A model generated the notes under the pieces. That model saw only the letters and a list, made by a program, of their open reading frames with translations, was not told the origin of the DNA and searched no databases. This document shows, piece by piece, positions 24,547 to 43,767 of a stretch of 64,000 nucleotides of DNA. The stretch lies in NCBI RefSeq assembly GCF_009914755.1, contig NC_060941.1; one strand, given 5' to 3'. Position numbers and translations under genes: made by a program. Positions within the stretch are counted from its first letter, which is position 1; every line of letters starts with the position of its first letter. This DNA is from the human T2T-CHM13v2.0 reference genome, Homo sapiens.

Positions 24547-24720
24547 CTATACAGGGTACTAACGTAATCACTGTTGGGTGTCTAACTTCTGGTCCCCAAC
24601 TGCCTTTCTCTCCTCTCTGTACTAGTAGTACTCTATTGAGAAGGGGTAAGAGAGTCTAGTAGTTTTCTTAATTTTTTCTTAATTTTCCCAGTTTCAAAAT
24701 GTTAACTGTGCACTAAATTT

Positions 24721-24923
24721 ACACTGTTTAGTACAGTCACTAGCCACATATAGTAGCTATTTACATTGAAAGTTATTAAAGTGAAATAAAATTTAATATT
24801 TAGTTATTCAGTCACTCTAGCCACATTTCAAGTGCTTAATAGCCACATGTGTTTAGTGGCTATTATATTGGAAGGCAAAGATAAGATTTTCATCATTGCA
24901 GAAAGTTCTTCTGGACAATACTG
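24721..24923. mobile_element. MER3/MER33-type hAT MITE
   Basis: tagccacatttcaagtgcttaatagccacatgtg..tagtggct...catcattgcagaaagttct. Confidence 0.8.
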
Positions 24924-25019
24924 CACTAAATTCTTCCCAAATTATTTTGTATGTTTCCTATAAATTGCATATTGAAAAACACCAGGTATTGGGGTCTTCA
25001 TTTAAAATTTCCCATATAG

Positions 25020-25326
<307 letters not shown>

Positions 25327-25519
25327 CTATTCTTCAGGATTAAAGTGCAATCCATTTTACTGATCTGATTAATGGAATAGTTAGTATTTTTATCGCGCTT
25401 TTTAAGCAACCAACTTATATTTGGGAGTATTCAATATAACAGTTTTTTAATTACATAAATGTTTTTCAGTCATTCTCAAAAGTGTGCCTATGCTTAATTG
25501 TAATTACTTGTTTCTTTAA

Positions 25520-25699
<180 letters not shown>

Positions 25700-27004
25700 T
25701 AATGTGTTTTCTGGTTGGATTCCAGGTTAGCAGTTCTACAAGGGTTTGGTCATAGTTCAAAAATATTTTTTCCCTAAATGTGAAGTTGTTAGCATTCTTA
25801 AGTTGTGTGCTGGATTATTTCTTCCAAACATAATATTCTGTGGTTTCCTTTGAAATACGGAAGGAAATTGGTGAGTAAGAATGACCATCTGTTTAAAAGA
25901 AGAAAAAAAAAATAGCACTATTTCAAAGGAATTTCCTTTATTTTAATTTTGGATGGAAAAATTTAGAAAAGTGGTTGTATACTTTCAATGTCATTTTAGA
26001 ATCATTTAGGCTTTTGAATATTAACATCAGCTTGCTCTTCATACCATTTTGAGGAGCCTCTATTGTAGGCAAAGGGATCTGTTGTCTAAGGAATGTATAG
26101 GTTTACCTCTTTCATCAAGTTTGCTCAACTCTAGAAACTAAAATATTGTTATTCATATATAATTCATAAAGGTAAGATCAAACAAAACGCTCAGCTTTGT
26201 GACACATTAAATCAGTTAGAGAGGAGTAAGGACCACCTGTGTTGCAGGGAGGAGTAATGGTTGAGAGATTCTGAACTCTAGAACATCCCTAAGGGCAGTT
26301 AATTTTGTTTAATGTTTAACTTAGCTTTAGCTTTATTCTTGTAACTGCCAGTTACTTTGTGATGGAAATAAAGCTTTAAAATTGATAGCTATCTATAAAA
26401 GGCTAGGAAAACTACAGAACACTTAGATTACTGCTCTCTCACTGCCTATTATGTGTGTGTGTGTACACTATATATATATATATAAAATGATTCCTGAGAC
26501 TTTATAGAAAGTTCTGAAGTATTTTTTGTCTTGGAAGAATTTTACATTACAAGTAAAACCAAAATGTTTTTGTAGAACACAGTATAGAAAGTAGGCTTTT
26601 CCTACTCCCAGATTATCATCATTTGTGTGTGTGGTTGCATTGGCAGATTGTTCTTTTGAAGAATTTACTACCTGGGCTCTAGATTAAATAGCAAAACCCT
26701 TAGGGGTTTTAGTGTAATGAAGTAGTCAAAATGTTGAAACTGCTCTACATTTTAGATTAAAAGATACACTTTTCAAAAAAGTATAGCTTTAAAATGTCTT
26801 GGCCATCATGAATATTCTGGGTAACCTAGCTGTGCTATGTTTGGACCAAAACTTTCTGGTGTCAAAAAACCCCTCCAAATGAGAAAGATTTGATACTCTG
26901 TGCTTGACTAGTGTACCCATACTACTGATTCACTTCCTTCTTTGAGTATCATTACTATTTCCTTTAAAAAAAACAACAACAAAAAAAACTACTACTAGAT
27001 TCTT

Positions 27005-27311
27005 TTGGGGGCAGGGGGTGTTGGGTTTTTTTTTTGTTTTTCTTTTTAAGCTTTTAAGTTCAGGGGTGCGTGGGCAGGTTTGTTATATAGGTAAACTGTG
27101 TCATGGGGGTTTGTTGTACAGATTGTTTCGTCATCCAGGTATTAAGCCTACAACCCATTAGTTATTTTTTCTGATCCTCTCCCTCCTCCCATCCTCCACC
27201 CTTCAGTAGGCCCCAGTGTCTGTTGTTCCTCTCTGTGTCCATGTGTTCTCATCATTTATCTCCCACTTGCTAGTGAGAACATGCAGTATTTGGTTTTCTG
27301 TTCCTGTGTTA
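27005..27311 (-). mobile_element. 5'-truncated L1PA 3' end with 15-bp TSD
   Basis: L1PA 3'UTR sequence; TSD tactac(t/c)agattctt at 26990-27004 and 27313-27327. Confidence 0.88.
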
Positions 27312-27609
27312 ATACTACCAGATTCTTAAATGATTTCTTTTTGTTTTTATTGAGCCCTCAGCTTCTATGCTTAAATTGTAACTTCTTTAGCTTTGGATTT
27401 TAATATTTGAGTTATATATATATGGAAAGCAAAATGAAATTAGCTATTATTTAATTATCACATTTTTGAGCTTTAAAAAAAATCCTCTAGTAAAGAAATG
27501 AAAAACAATCCTCTGGGTACTAGGATGGTACTGCCTTAGGTTTGCATAGCCCATGGGATCTAATCAGATGAAGATTTCCCCTCCACACTTGTGAACTGGG
27601 TACAAGCCT

Positions 27610-27770
27610 GATATAGTAGGGGTGTGGATGTGGATTATGAGCTTTTGAGTCAGTCAGACCTGTTTCAAATTCTACTTAGCCATTGTTTGTTCATTCAGTA
27701 TATGTCTAGCTGTTACCTCAGGCAAGTTAATGAATATGCCTCAGCCTCAGTTTCTTCAACCATAAGCTAT
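27610..27770 (+). mobile_element. MIR fragment
   Basis: gagtcagtcagacctgtttcaaattct...caggcaagtta...gcctcagtttc. Confidence 0.55.
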
Positions 27771-28379
27771 GTTTATTTATCAAGTACCTTGTATACTATA
27801 GATGTTTAGGCAGTAACTATTACTGATAAGTGATAAGCCTTGGAAAAAGGTGGAGTCAGCCTAAATGGGATTTCTGTCAGGCAAGTATTTATTTCTCTTT
27901 GATATCAATTTGTACTTGACTCTTTGAAGGAATTTACTTCCAGCCAGGATTAGAGGTGAATTTAGGGTCTTATGTCTACATAATTTGACATGGGAGCTCA
28001 ATACTAAGATGCAACTATCACATTCATCCTCTGATGCCAGTGTTGAGAGTGAACTTATTAGATTCCTTGTTAACCTCCAGTACAGGGTTATGATGCCTCT
28101 TATCACTGTTATTAAACTTAATTTTAGAGGTACTAGCTACATGATAATTTACTGGTGTTGTAAGTAAACCCTGTGTCATAAGAAAAATACCCTGACTCTG
28201 ATCTTGAATATTCAAGTGCCAATTGTGTGTTAGCCACCAGGAATAAAGAGATTGGTAGAACATAACTTCTCCTTTAAGGTACCCTGTGAGCAGGATAAAA
28301 TTGTGTCATTAGCATCATTTGACTCATGCCCTAAGTTTGTAGAACTGTAAGCTCTCTGTAGAAAGCATATAACTGTTCA

Positions 28380-28812
28380 TCAGACCCATGATCTGCTCCT
28401 TGCTACCTTTGATCTTATTTTCTACCTTTCTTTTTTTCTTTCTTTCCTGGTTTAGCTTCAACCACACTGGCCTGCTAGCTATTCCTGGAACTCCCCTAAC
28501 CTTGTCCTGCCGAAGGGCCTTTGCTTGTGCCCTGTACTACTATTCTCTCATGACCTTCTTTCTCCTTTACCTTCTTTGGGTTTCTGATTGAATGTCAGAA
28601 GAGAGGATGTCTCAGGTTGCCTTGTGTAAAATAGAACCCATTCCTACCCCATTTTGCTTGTTTTTCTTTATAACACCACTATGAAACGTCTCCTCCCACT
28701 AGAATGTAAGTTCCTTGAGAGAATGGACTCTGCTTCCTTTGTTCCCTGCTGTATCTCCAGTACCTAAGAACAGAGTCTGATACTTGGGTACTCATAAATA
28801 TTTGTTAAATGA
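28380..28812 (+). mobile_element. L2 3' end
   Basis: cccactagaatgtaagttccttgag...ctcataaatatttgttaaatgaa. Confidence 0.7.
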
Positions 28813-30351
28813 ACAAATTTATGTTGAAGAAAACCTCTGACTATGCTAATATAATTTCAAGTTTGATCTTAAAATCTTTAACCATTATAACTGGAGGTTA
28901 ATTAAACATTTAGTAAGTAATTTAATATTATTAAAATGTTAACATTTCTACCATGTATAAAATCATGTGCAAATTTTAGCAATCAAGAAAATAACCTAGA
29001 TTTTGTCTACTTTTTAAATCTGAAATTTTCTTTTGGAATACAGTTAGTATTCCACAAAAGTGGAATTATTTGCCACAGAAATTTTAACACCTATGCATGA
29101 AAACAGAATAAGTAATCCTAGATTATCTGTAAGTGATAAAGATAACAAAAATATTTTATATGTGTATAGGTAAGATGACTAGTGTGTTGATCCATACTTT
29201 TGATGTTCATTTAGTAGGAAAAACATGACATACTAAAATTTTTACATAGATAGATGCAGACAGATTCTAGAAATGATCGTAACAGCTATTAGTGCAGAGT
29301 TTCCATGGTGTTAAACAATACTTATTTTAGAAAACCTTCCTTAATGTGGAAAATCTGCAGCTTTACAGACATTTTTATTTTTTAATTTAGGATGGCTATA
29401 TTAAAATTAAGATTTACCTTGGTGTTCTTGGGACACTTCATAGACTAGTCTTCGTATTATTTATAATCGAGTAACTAATATCCCCTAGTCTCAGGAGCCA
29501 TTTAATTCTAACCTTGAAAATAATGTTCTTAGTGGCCATCACTGGGGAAAGTTCTACCCTACTTAGTTCTGCTTCCCTAGTAGACTGTGTTAGAGGAATC
29601 ATTTATTGAGGAATGTTTCACTGTGTATAAATGAATTCCTGATGGAAACTGTTGTTTTTTGTGCTCTACCTTATGTCTGTGGAATGTAACAGGACATGTA
29701 TCAGGTAAATGCCCAGTACAGGTTTTACTTACCTGTCTATAACATCTTCTATGTCAGTCTATAAGTAGGATTGTAGTTTGGTATCTGTAATGGAATGATA
29801 AAAGCAGTTGGCAATTTAAAGATATCTTTTCTTTAAATGCTGGGTTTTTTTTTTGTAGGGGGTGGGTTTTCTTATGGCCACATGTGGTCACCATCATGCT
29901 GCTCCTTGTAGGCTTTGTTATAATAGAGTATTAGAGGCTGGTTGTATAGATTGGATGTGGGGAGGGATAGAAAATCATTAGTTTGAAACAAATGTAAGCC
30001 ATTTATGCCATATGTTTGACAATGTGACTATAGTTATTAAGTTGATTTTAAATACGGTAGAAGTGTTATTACCAGTGAAAGTCCCAGTATGGTGAATTTA
30101 TCATCTGAGAGCCACTGGCTCAGGTATCTTAATTTGTTACTCTTGTTTTTTGGTAAAGGGTGTGTATGGGAAAGACTTGGTATCTTGCTGTGTGAATCTA
30201 AGTATTGCTTAGTAAAAATTTACTGAAACTGGGATGTACACACTCAACTATTGGGACATTCTTTCTTTAACAGAAGAGCTATGTTTGTGTGAGCCTCTCT
30301 TGTTAGCGTAGAACAAATTCTCATATGTTACACAGATTTGATACCTCATAG

Positions 30352-30528
<177 letters not shown>

Positions 30529-30639
30529 TAGGTAATGTAAAGGTATAATCTTACTATAGATTTTATTTCTCATATTCTGGAAATCCTTTTGAAACTCTGT
30601 GCTCAATAAGAGTGGTCTGCAGCTTTTAACGTGGGATTT

Positions 30640-30806
30640 TTTGTTTTTGTTTTTGTTTTGGAGACAGGGTCTTGCTCTGTCACCCATGCTGGAATACAGT
30701 GGCACAATCACAGCTCACTCTAACCTTAAACTCCTGGGCTCAAGCAGTCCTCCTGCCTTAGCCTCCAAGTATCTGGGACTGCAGGTGCATACTACCATGC
30801 CCAGCC
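30640..30806 (-). mobile_element. Alu monomer (FRAM/AluJ arm)
   Basis: Alu consensus. Confidence 0.85.
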
Positions 30807-31438
30807 TGCTTTTAATACTTTTTCCCCAGCAGAATCCTTTCTTGGAATAAAATTCTACGTGCTTCCCTAGCAAGCCGACTCAGGGAAGGGGGAAAAAAAA
30901 AACATGCATGCCAAGTGTGTAAAATATAAGAATAGAACTGCTATTATTGAAAAAGTTGGGTGGCCTAGGGCCTTACTAACTTGATAGACCCTGAGGTATC
31001 CATGTAGACTCCAAAGCAGAGTTTTCAAACCATCTTAAATACAGATATTAGATAATTCACCTTCTAACTGTAGAAACAGGCAGTATTGCTATAATGGGAG
31101 CCTTTTTATTAGACAGTCTTGCATAGTCATCTTTGACTGTATCTTCTTTGGACTTATTTATCATATGGAACAATGTTTCGGTAACTAACCAAACCGGTAG
31201 AGACAGAATATAGTATATGTGCTTTCAATACTTATTAAACCATGAAGTCTTGTTTTTAGCTGGACTTCCTGCTAAATTCCTCTATCTAGTTGCAAATTTA
31301 GACCCTCAGTTTATTACTGAATTTAAAAACTGAACTTAAAGAAAAAAAAACTGAGCTTAAAAGCGATAGAGATAAATGCTTTTTTAAAATTCCTCTTTGC
31401 TTTTAATAACATAATAACATTCTTCTACTTCTTTTTAA

Positions 31439-31636
<198 letters not shown>

Positions 31637-32801
31637 TAGATAAAAATATAGGTAGTCATTTGTTCCAAAGCTACTAAATAACACATGGAGAATAATTTCC
31701 TGAAGACACCTAACATAGAGGTGATAAGCTAGCTAATAGCACTGGGAAAAAATCTGTTTTCTGAAACATTATAGCTGTCATAGGAGATCTGTTAACTTGG
31801 TTGATCATTTTTTTGGCATGTTTATAATTACAGCTATGTGGTTTGACTTTATATGTTTTTATATAAACTATGTACTAAGTCTCCTGTTTAGGTGTGATAC
31901 CTGTGTATTTAACAACTAATTCTGTACTGATCAATCATGTGGTGTTTCCAACCTGAGAAAGCTGATTAAAAAAAACAGTGTGGTGTTTAAGTGTGAGGCA
32001 AAAGAGTTCCCTGTGCAACTCTTGAGTTCAATTGATATTTAATTTACAGTACCTTAACATGATAATATGGATTTCCAATAGAATATAGTATAAGTGCTTC
32101 TAAAACTTACAGACTGTGAAGTCTTTTTTTAGCTGGAACGTTCTGAGGAACTAGTGTTTAGGAAGTACTGATGTAAATGAGTTTGGTGAGGTGGTATGCT
32201 AGTGGGAAGTTCTGCTGTTTATGAGAAGAAATTAAGAAAGTCTGTGGGTTTCATTTTAACCTGAGTTGATATAGGTGATCTACTAATTATATTCTTAGAA
32301 TTTATATTAGAATGTTTCAAACATGGAAAAATTTTGCATTTAAGGGTAATAGAGATATGCAGTTAATACTGACCTAAAGGTTTGAGCCTAGTTTCAAGTG
32401 ATTTTATGTCATAACAATTTAACATTTAATAAGAGGTTCAGTTGAGTCTGAACCTATTGAATCTATTACCTGAAAATAATCTTACTGCATATTCCAAGCA
32501 AATGGCAGTTACAGTTAGATAATTTAGTCTTTAAGTGACAAATTATATTGTGAAAAGCTAGATTCACATCTAAGTCACTAGTCTAGACATGCCTCAGCTA
32601 ATTTTTATTCCTTAAGTTGACATGGCGTATCTTGGATTGCACATGTTTATAGGAGCTGGATTTTTGCCTCTATTTATTAAAATTGTCTTCTCCCTAATGG
32701 GAGGGTTCATAATAACCATGTGAATTTGATATAGCCAAAATAACGAATAATGCTTTTTCTCTGGCTGCTTTTAATGTTTAAATCATTGGTAAAAGAGGCT
32801 T

Positions 32802-32955
32802 GGGCCAGGCGTAGTGGCTTGTGCCTGTAGTCCCAGCTTCTGGGGAAGCTAAGGTGAGAGGATTGCTTGAGCCCAGGAGGTCAGGGCCGCAGTGAGCCCT
32901 CCACTGCACTCCAGCTTGGGCAACAGAAGACCCTGGCTTTAAAATAAAAATAAAA
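32802..32955 (+). mobile_element. Alu monomer
   Basis: Alu consensus. Confidence 0.85.
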
Positions 32956-33427
32956 GGAGGCATGGTCATCAGGACTATCGAAACAAGCTATAGTATAGCA
33001 AAACTGTGCTCCTTGATGGAGTGTTTATATGACAGCTGCAACTATTAAACCCAGAGCTTCTAAAGCTATCAGATTTTATTCCCAATATGTATTTAGGGTT
33101 TGGCTGTAGGTAATGCTGTATGTTAATTGTGTTAAAGCTGAAAGAACTCTCAGATAATCTGGCCTATGTAATATCACATCCCCATCCTATCCACAAACAA
33201 AATTTTCTGAAGTCTAGATATTTTGTGTGTTATAAAGAAAGGACACTGTATGAATCTCTAATCTTTTATTCAGATATAAGGAGGTAAGTATATCATATAG
33301 CAGATAAACCTGGGAGAGTGAAAAATAGCCTTATATACCTTCTTTTTATTCTTGGACAACTCAATCATATTTTGAGTCTTAATTTCCCAATTTATAATAG
33401 GATCACTGATAATTAAAATTAATGTAA

Positions 33428-33570
33428 AGCCAGGTACAGTGGCTTGCACCTATAGTACCAGCTACTCGGGAGGCTGAGGTACTAGGATCACTTGAGCCCA
33501 AGGCTGTAGTGCACAATGATTGTGGCTGTGAATAGCCACTGCACTTCAGCCTGGACAATGTAGCAATACT
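33428..33570 (+). mobile_element. Alu/FAM monomer
   Basis: Alu-like; contains gtgaatagccactgcact. Confidence 0.75.
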
Positions 33571-33632
33571 CGGGGGGCGGGGAAAAAGTATGTGAAAGCA
33601 CATTATAGACCATAAGGTATTTACATAGTTAG

Positions 33633-33947
<315 letters not shown>

Positions 33948-34039
33948 TGAATATGTAGAGAAGCTGCATTTTTAAAAACCTGTTACATGAGAGTTTCAGG
34001 GTAATTTTAGGTAATATGGGACATTTGGGGACGGTGGGT

Positions 34040-35742
<1,703 letters not shown>

Positions 35743-36139
35743 ACTTTCTGAAAATATTAGAAGTCAAGATCTGAGCTTTAGTGTATTTGCTTCTAAGATC
35801 TTTCAGTGGTCAGGGCTTAGTTACATTTATGTACATACATATGCTCATTTATGTACATACATGTGCATATACGCATGGAAAAATAAACACACAAGAACAG
35901 CTAGTAAAACACTGAAAACTGTAAAAGTGGACTAGTCCTACCAGATGTTGAACTGTGTATTACAAAGTCTATATAATTAAAACAGTATATTACTGGTACA
36001 TGAATCAAAGTCCAAAACTAGATCCAATATCAGTAAGATTATCAATAAACATAGTTTAAAAGATAGGAAATACCCTCTAAAATGCTATAAAAAGTCCTTT
36101 ACTTTTTACCTTGAAATTAATCTATCATATCTTCTTTAG

Positions 36140-36388
<249 letters not shown>

Positions 36389-36429
36389 TAGAAGAAAATT
36401 AAAATTTATATATATTCAATTTACATTCA

Positions 36430-36839
<410 letters not shown>

Positions 36840-37654
36840 TTAATTATATAAAACTCTCTTGGTTCATCATAGTTTAAAAGGAAAATAACAAACTAAACAT
36901 TAAAGATTGCTATTATTAACACTTAAGTGGCTAAATTGATTGGAAACTTCAAGATAATAAGTCAGAAAAATATAAGGATAAGAGAAAATACAAAAGACCA
37001 AGTGCATCAGTGTTATATCTTACTAATAAGAAGTATAGAACTGCAAATGAGATGGGGTTTTATACCTAAAAAAAATAGACAACATATTTTAAAAGTTCTA
37101 AAAATAGAAGAGTTGTTATAATGAGTCTTAAATTCTCCTGAGATAAGTATAAATAAAATATTTTGGAAACGAATAGGTTGAAGGCTATTAATATTTCATT
37201 CCTTTCCTAGGAAGCACTTCTAAGCAACATTCCCAAGTAGTTACAAAGCTTCCTAGGGGAAGGTTGTGGGGGTGGGGGCGATGGTTGGAAATCATTGCAG
37301 CATCTAGAAAACCAAGCAAATAGCCAAAACCAGACGAATTACCGATATTTTAATTCCACATCTGTGTAGCTGAATTTTGAATTATGTGTAGCCATTAAAG
37401 TGATAATGATGATTGCTAGCCTGGATAATGTTTTAATCAGGGAAAAGATAGAAATTATATAATTAGAGTAATTTTTCAACACAATTATACATATTGTATA
37501 GATTTGTGTAGAAAGACCTCTCTATGTAAATTTAAAGGTCTTTTTCCTACTTCATTCTTTTCTGCCTATTTCAAGTTTTCTAATGAGAGGCCAACTTACG
37601 CTTTTTTAAAACCAACTTGATTCTCAGTACTTATGTCCCATATATCCTCTGTAG

Positions 37655-37843
<189 letters not shown>

Positions 37844-38035
37844 TAATAAATTATGGCCCATCAGTTTTGGGAAGGAACAAAAAGATCAGAGAAAGTTGCC
37901 TGAATTCTCACTCTTCTAATATCCTCCCCCCTACCCTACCTCTTGAGACAAAAACCTCTCCGTTAGTCACAGTGGTTATTTTTTATGTCGGATAAACTTA
38001 AAATATTGCATTTAAAATATTCTTTTTTTTCTTAA

Positions 38036-38239
<204 letters not shown>

Positions 38240-38389
38240 TAAGTTGAATTACTAAACACTGTGCTATGAGGGTGGGCCTAATTGGTTGCTACGGCAATAG
38301 AGCAGCAATAAAATACTAACAGCTTAAATGTAATTGCTTTGGGTAGGATTGATTTTACTCTAACCCTAATTTCAAACTTGGATACTTAG

Positions 38390-38605
<216 letters not shown>

Positions 38606-38979
38606 TGAAACCTCATAAAATGATTAAGCTAAGCATTAAGATATCTGTCTATTCTGAATTTTAGAAGAGTTGGATACTGCATGGTTTCTTTTAGTGCTCC
38701 ATCTTAGTCCAGATAAAAAGAGGCTGTATTTTGTGAATTTGTAAGTTCACAAAACTTACAAGTGGGGAAGATGAATCTTCTGTTTTTGAAGTCTCATAAA
38801 ATCCTGATAGTGCTCTAATCTTAAAACTTTAAGGAAAAAGAATTCATCTATTCATTTGGTCCGTGATAATACAGAAGTGAAATATTGCACGGTTTACATT
38901 TGTCATTATCCATGTTTCCTTGAAAAGGAAATGAATGCAATTTTCATTTACTTGGGTGAAAGATAAACTAGGATGTTAG

Positions 38980-39201
<222 letters not shown>

Positions 39202-39335
39202 TAGTTGGGCTACTTGATTAGCTTGGTAGGATCAAAACATCATAACTGAAGAATTCCAAGGAAAAATCTATAGGAAAACAAATTCTTTCTCATTGTGAAG
39301 ATATCAATTTGAAAAGAGGATTAAGCTCACACTAA

Positions 39336-39542
<207 letters not shown>

Positions 39543-39649
39543 TAAACCCAAGTTTGAGTGAAGAATTAAAGAAACGCTATTTAAACATTAGTTTAAATAA
39601 CTAGCCATGTTTTACATTTGAGTTCACAGAAAGGAAATGTTTATTCTAG

Positions 39650-40044
<395 letters not shown>

Positions 40045-40114
40045 TAAAACTAATGCTTCAAAATATCTTATTCTTTTTAAGGCTGTTAGCTAGACTCATA
40101 TCTAAAGCAATTAA

Positions 40115-40300
<186 letters not shown>

Positions 40301-40367
40301 TAAAGGATTCAGAAGGAGAAAGCTCATTAGGAAGTAACTGACTTATGTATGGATTTTCCCATTGTAG

Positions 40368-40752
<385 letters not shown>

Positions 40753-41267
40753 TAATCTCAAGACTCATAAAGTTATGTTTTCCCATTTTTTAAAAAAGCC
40801 ATTATCCTTTAGGATTGTAAACAGTAGGTGCTTGCATACCTAGGATCTAAATTTAGTAAGATTTCAGGATTGATAAATCTTCTAATTAAGTGCCAAGTTT
40901 TCAGAATTTTGCTCAGATCTTGTATAAGATACTGCTTTTGAAAAAAATGATATGATTACTTTATCTCTAACATCTAGATTGTAGGTAGAGTCAAAAATGT
41001 CTTTGACCACTTAACTAATTCATAAAATTTATTTGGTATTAACTATATTTATTCACCATTTTTCTTGCCTACTGTTTTATTAGTGTTTGTATAAACTTTC
41101 TCTTATGAAGGATTTCACAAGCAAAAGTGAAGTAGAGTTAAGCTTAAGCTACTTGCCTTTTTTTCTCTCTCTTCATTTTCTTTGAGGCTCAGCGCATGCA
41201 GATCTGTACTGCTGCCATGCTGAGTTTTATCAGAAGTTTCTCTAGAGCACAGAATCTTGCCCTCCAT

Positions 41268-41568
41268 GCCAGGCGTGGTGACTCACGCCTGTAATCCCAG
41301 CACTTTGGGAGGCCAAGGCAGGCGGATCACGAGGTCAGGAGATCGAGACCATCCTGGCTAACACAATGAAACCCCGTCTCTACTAAAATACCAAAAAAAT
41401 TAGCCGGTTGTGGTGGCACGTGCCTGTAGTAGCAGCTACTCGGGAGGCTGAGGCCGGAGAATCGCTTGAACCCTAGAGGCAGGTTGCAGTGAGCCCAGAT
41501 TGCATCACCACTGCACTCCAGCCTGGGCAACAGAGGGAGACTCTATCTCAAAAAAAAAAAAAAAAAAA
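41268..41568 (+). mobile_element. AluS/Y with TSD aatcttgccctcca
   Basis: Alu consensus. Confidence 0.92.
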
Positions 41569-41735
41569 ATCTTGCCCTCCAAATTAGAAATATTGTCCAT
41601 TTCATAGCCATATGTTAGTCCTTGATAGTGAAAATCTTGGAGAAAATGGTATCTTTAGGTAAAATGAAAAATCATACCTTTTGATGCTTGAATCTAGGTG
41701 TCATATTACATGTTACCATCTAAGGGGCTCATTGA

Positions 41736-42002
<267 letters not shown>

Positions 42003-42332
42003 TAAACCAGGCCTAAAATGGTGTTACAAGTGATTATAATCTATAAATAAAAGTATTGGTTTTGTGAATATGAGAGCTGACTTTAAGGCAATTTAAGTTA
42101 ATGGATTTCTTGATTCTAGGGGCTCTCTTATGTTAAGGTCAAACTTGTCTGGGGAAAAAAAAGCTTTTAGCTTATCTCTTCTTTGAAAATTTTAATTTAA
42201 ATGATACAACTAGGAGGCTTTTTTCCCCTTGCAAAACCAGATTTATATTGGAAAGTTTCCATTGTTTTTCTTGGTTTACTAGTTCAGTATGTGGGGTCTA
42301 ATGTTTTTGACTTTCACTATTTCTTTGAATAG

Positions 42333-42617
<285 letters not shown>

Positions 42618-43746
42618 TAATTTTTTTAAATGCTTTTTTCTTTAGTAGAAGTAAGTCATTTAGTCGATCATAAAATATTCCTGTTCTTTTGAAATTTTTT
42701 TTTAATAGCTGACAAATGACACTGATTGGAAGGGGAACTCAAATGTAGCTGTTTACCCTCAGTGTATTTATGAGGGTGAAAATAATCTATGTATTTTTTT
42801 ATTTAAAAAACTTTGATAAATTTTATTTCAAAATAGTATTTTTCTCAAAATCAGTTCTTGTAACTCAAATATTCATGACTAGTATTGTAGATTCCCTTTT
42901 ATTTGGTTGGTTCCTGACTTTAATGATGTCTATGCCTGTTTCCCCTGGGGAAGCTGCATGTATATTCTTAACATCCTTTTAATCTTCACAATTTTTTTGA
43001 TAGTTTAACCCCTGATTTAAAAATACCATAGGAGGTGAACATGGGAAAAAAAAAACAAGCTGGGGGTCTAATTGCCTTATAACATTCACTATTCGTCTTA
43101 GTGTCCTTTTTTGATGTATGAATTTACTCACCCTATCTTCAGCAGTTACTAGCTGTCTCTCTGTAGAACATTTTTAAATGGTTTTAGAGGATCCTTTTCG
43201 TCAAAGCAAAAAACATGATTAAAATCAGAGTCTCACATCTGATTCCTTCAGCCTGCCTGAGTTGGGGGGATGGGAGGGTGAAGAAGCGCTACCAACAACC
43301 CCTCCCATACTGAATTTTTCCTCAGGATACCATTTAATTAGATACCATTGTGTCTGTTTAAAGTTTTTAAAGAATTAACATTTTCTGTATTCAATGTAAG
43401 AGAAAAAACATGTTGCCTTATCTTAGCCATAGATGAGAATAGCTTCTTAAACATAATGCCAACTTGTGAGACCTGTCTTTAAGCTGCTGTTAACCTAAGT
43501 GCTGTAAATTTTTCTAGTGATTAAGCTGCTTTCTTTCATACTGTAGCATAAATTCTTCTGCAGTAAGCTTTGAAGTTACACAAAATTCTAAATTTTGCTT
43601 CCAGTATGCCCTTTATTTTCACTTCTCTCATACCTTTTTAGTGGTTAGATGTTTCTTCCCTAAACCTTTGTTGCTGATTCTACCTTTTTATGCTCAATAT
43701 GGAATTGATTTTTTTTCTAAGCTGCACCTTCTGAATTCCTTTGCAG

Positions 43747-43767
43747 GTTGATGCAATAAAGGAAAAG
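43747..43767 (+). CDS. CLTC: CLTC alternative 21-nt microexon ('exon 31'), VDAIKEK
   Basis: ttcctttgcAG|GTTGATGCAATAAAGGAAAAG|GTgaaa; phase 0/0 and frame-preserving; matches the known muscle-enriched CLTC cassette. Confidence 0.92.
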
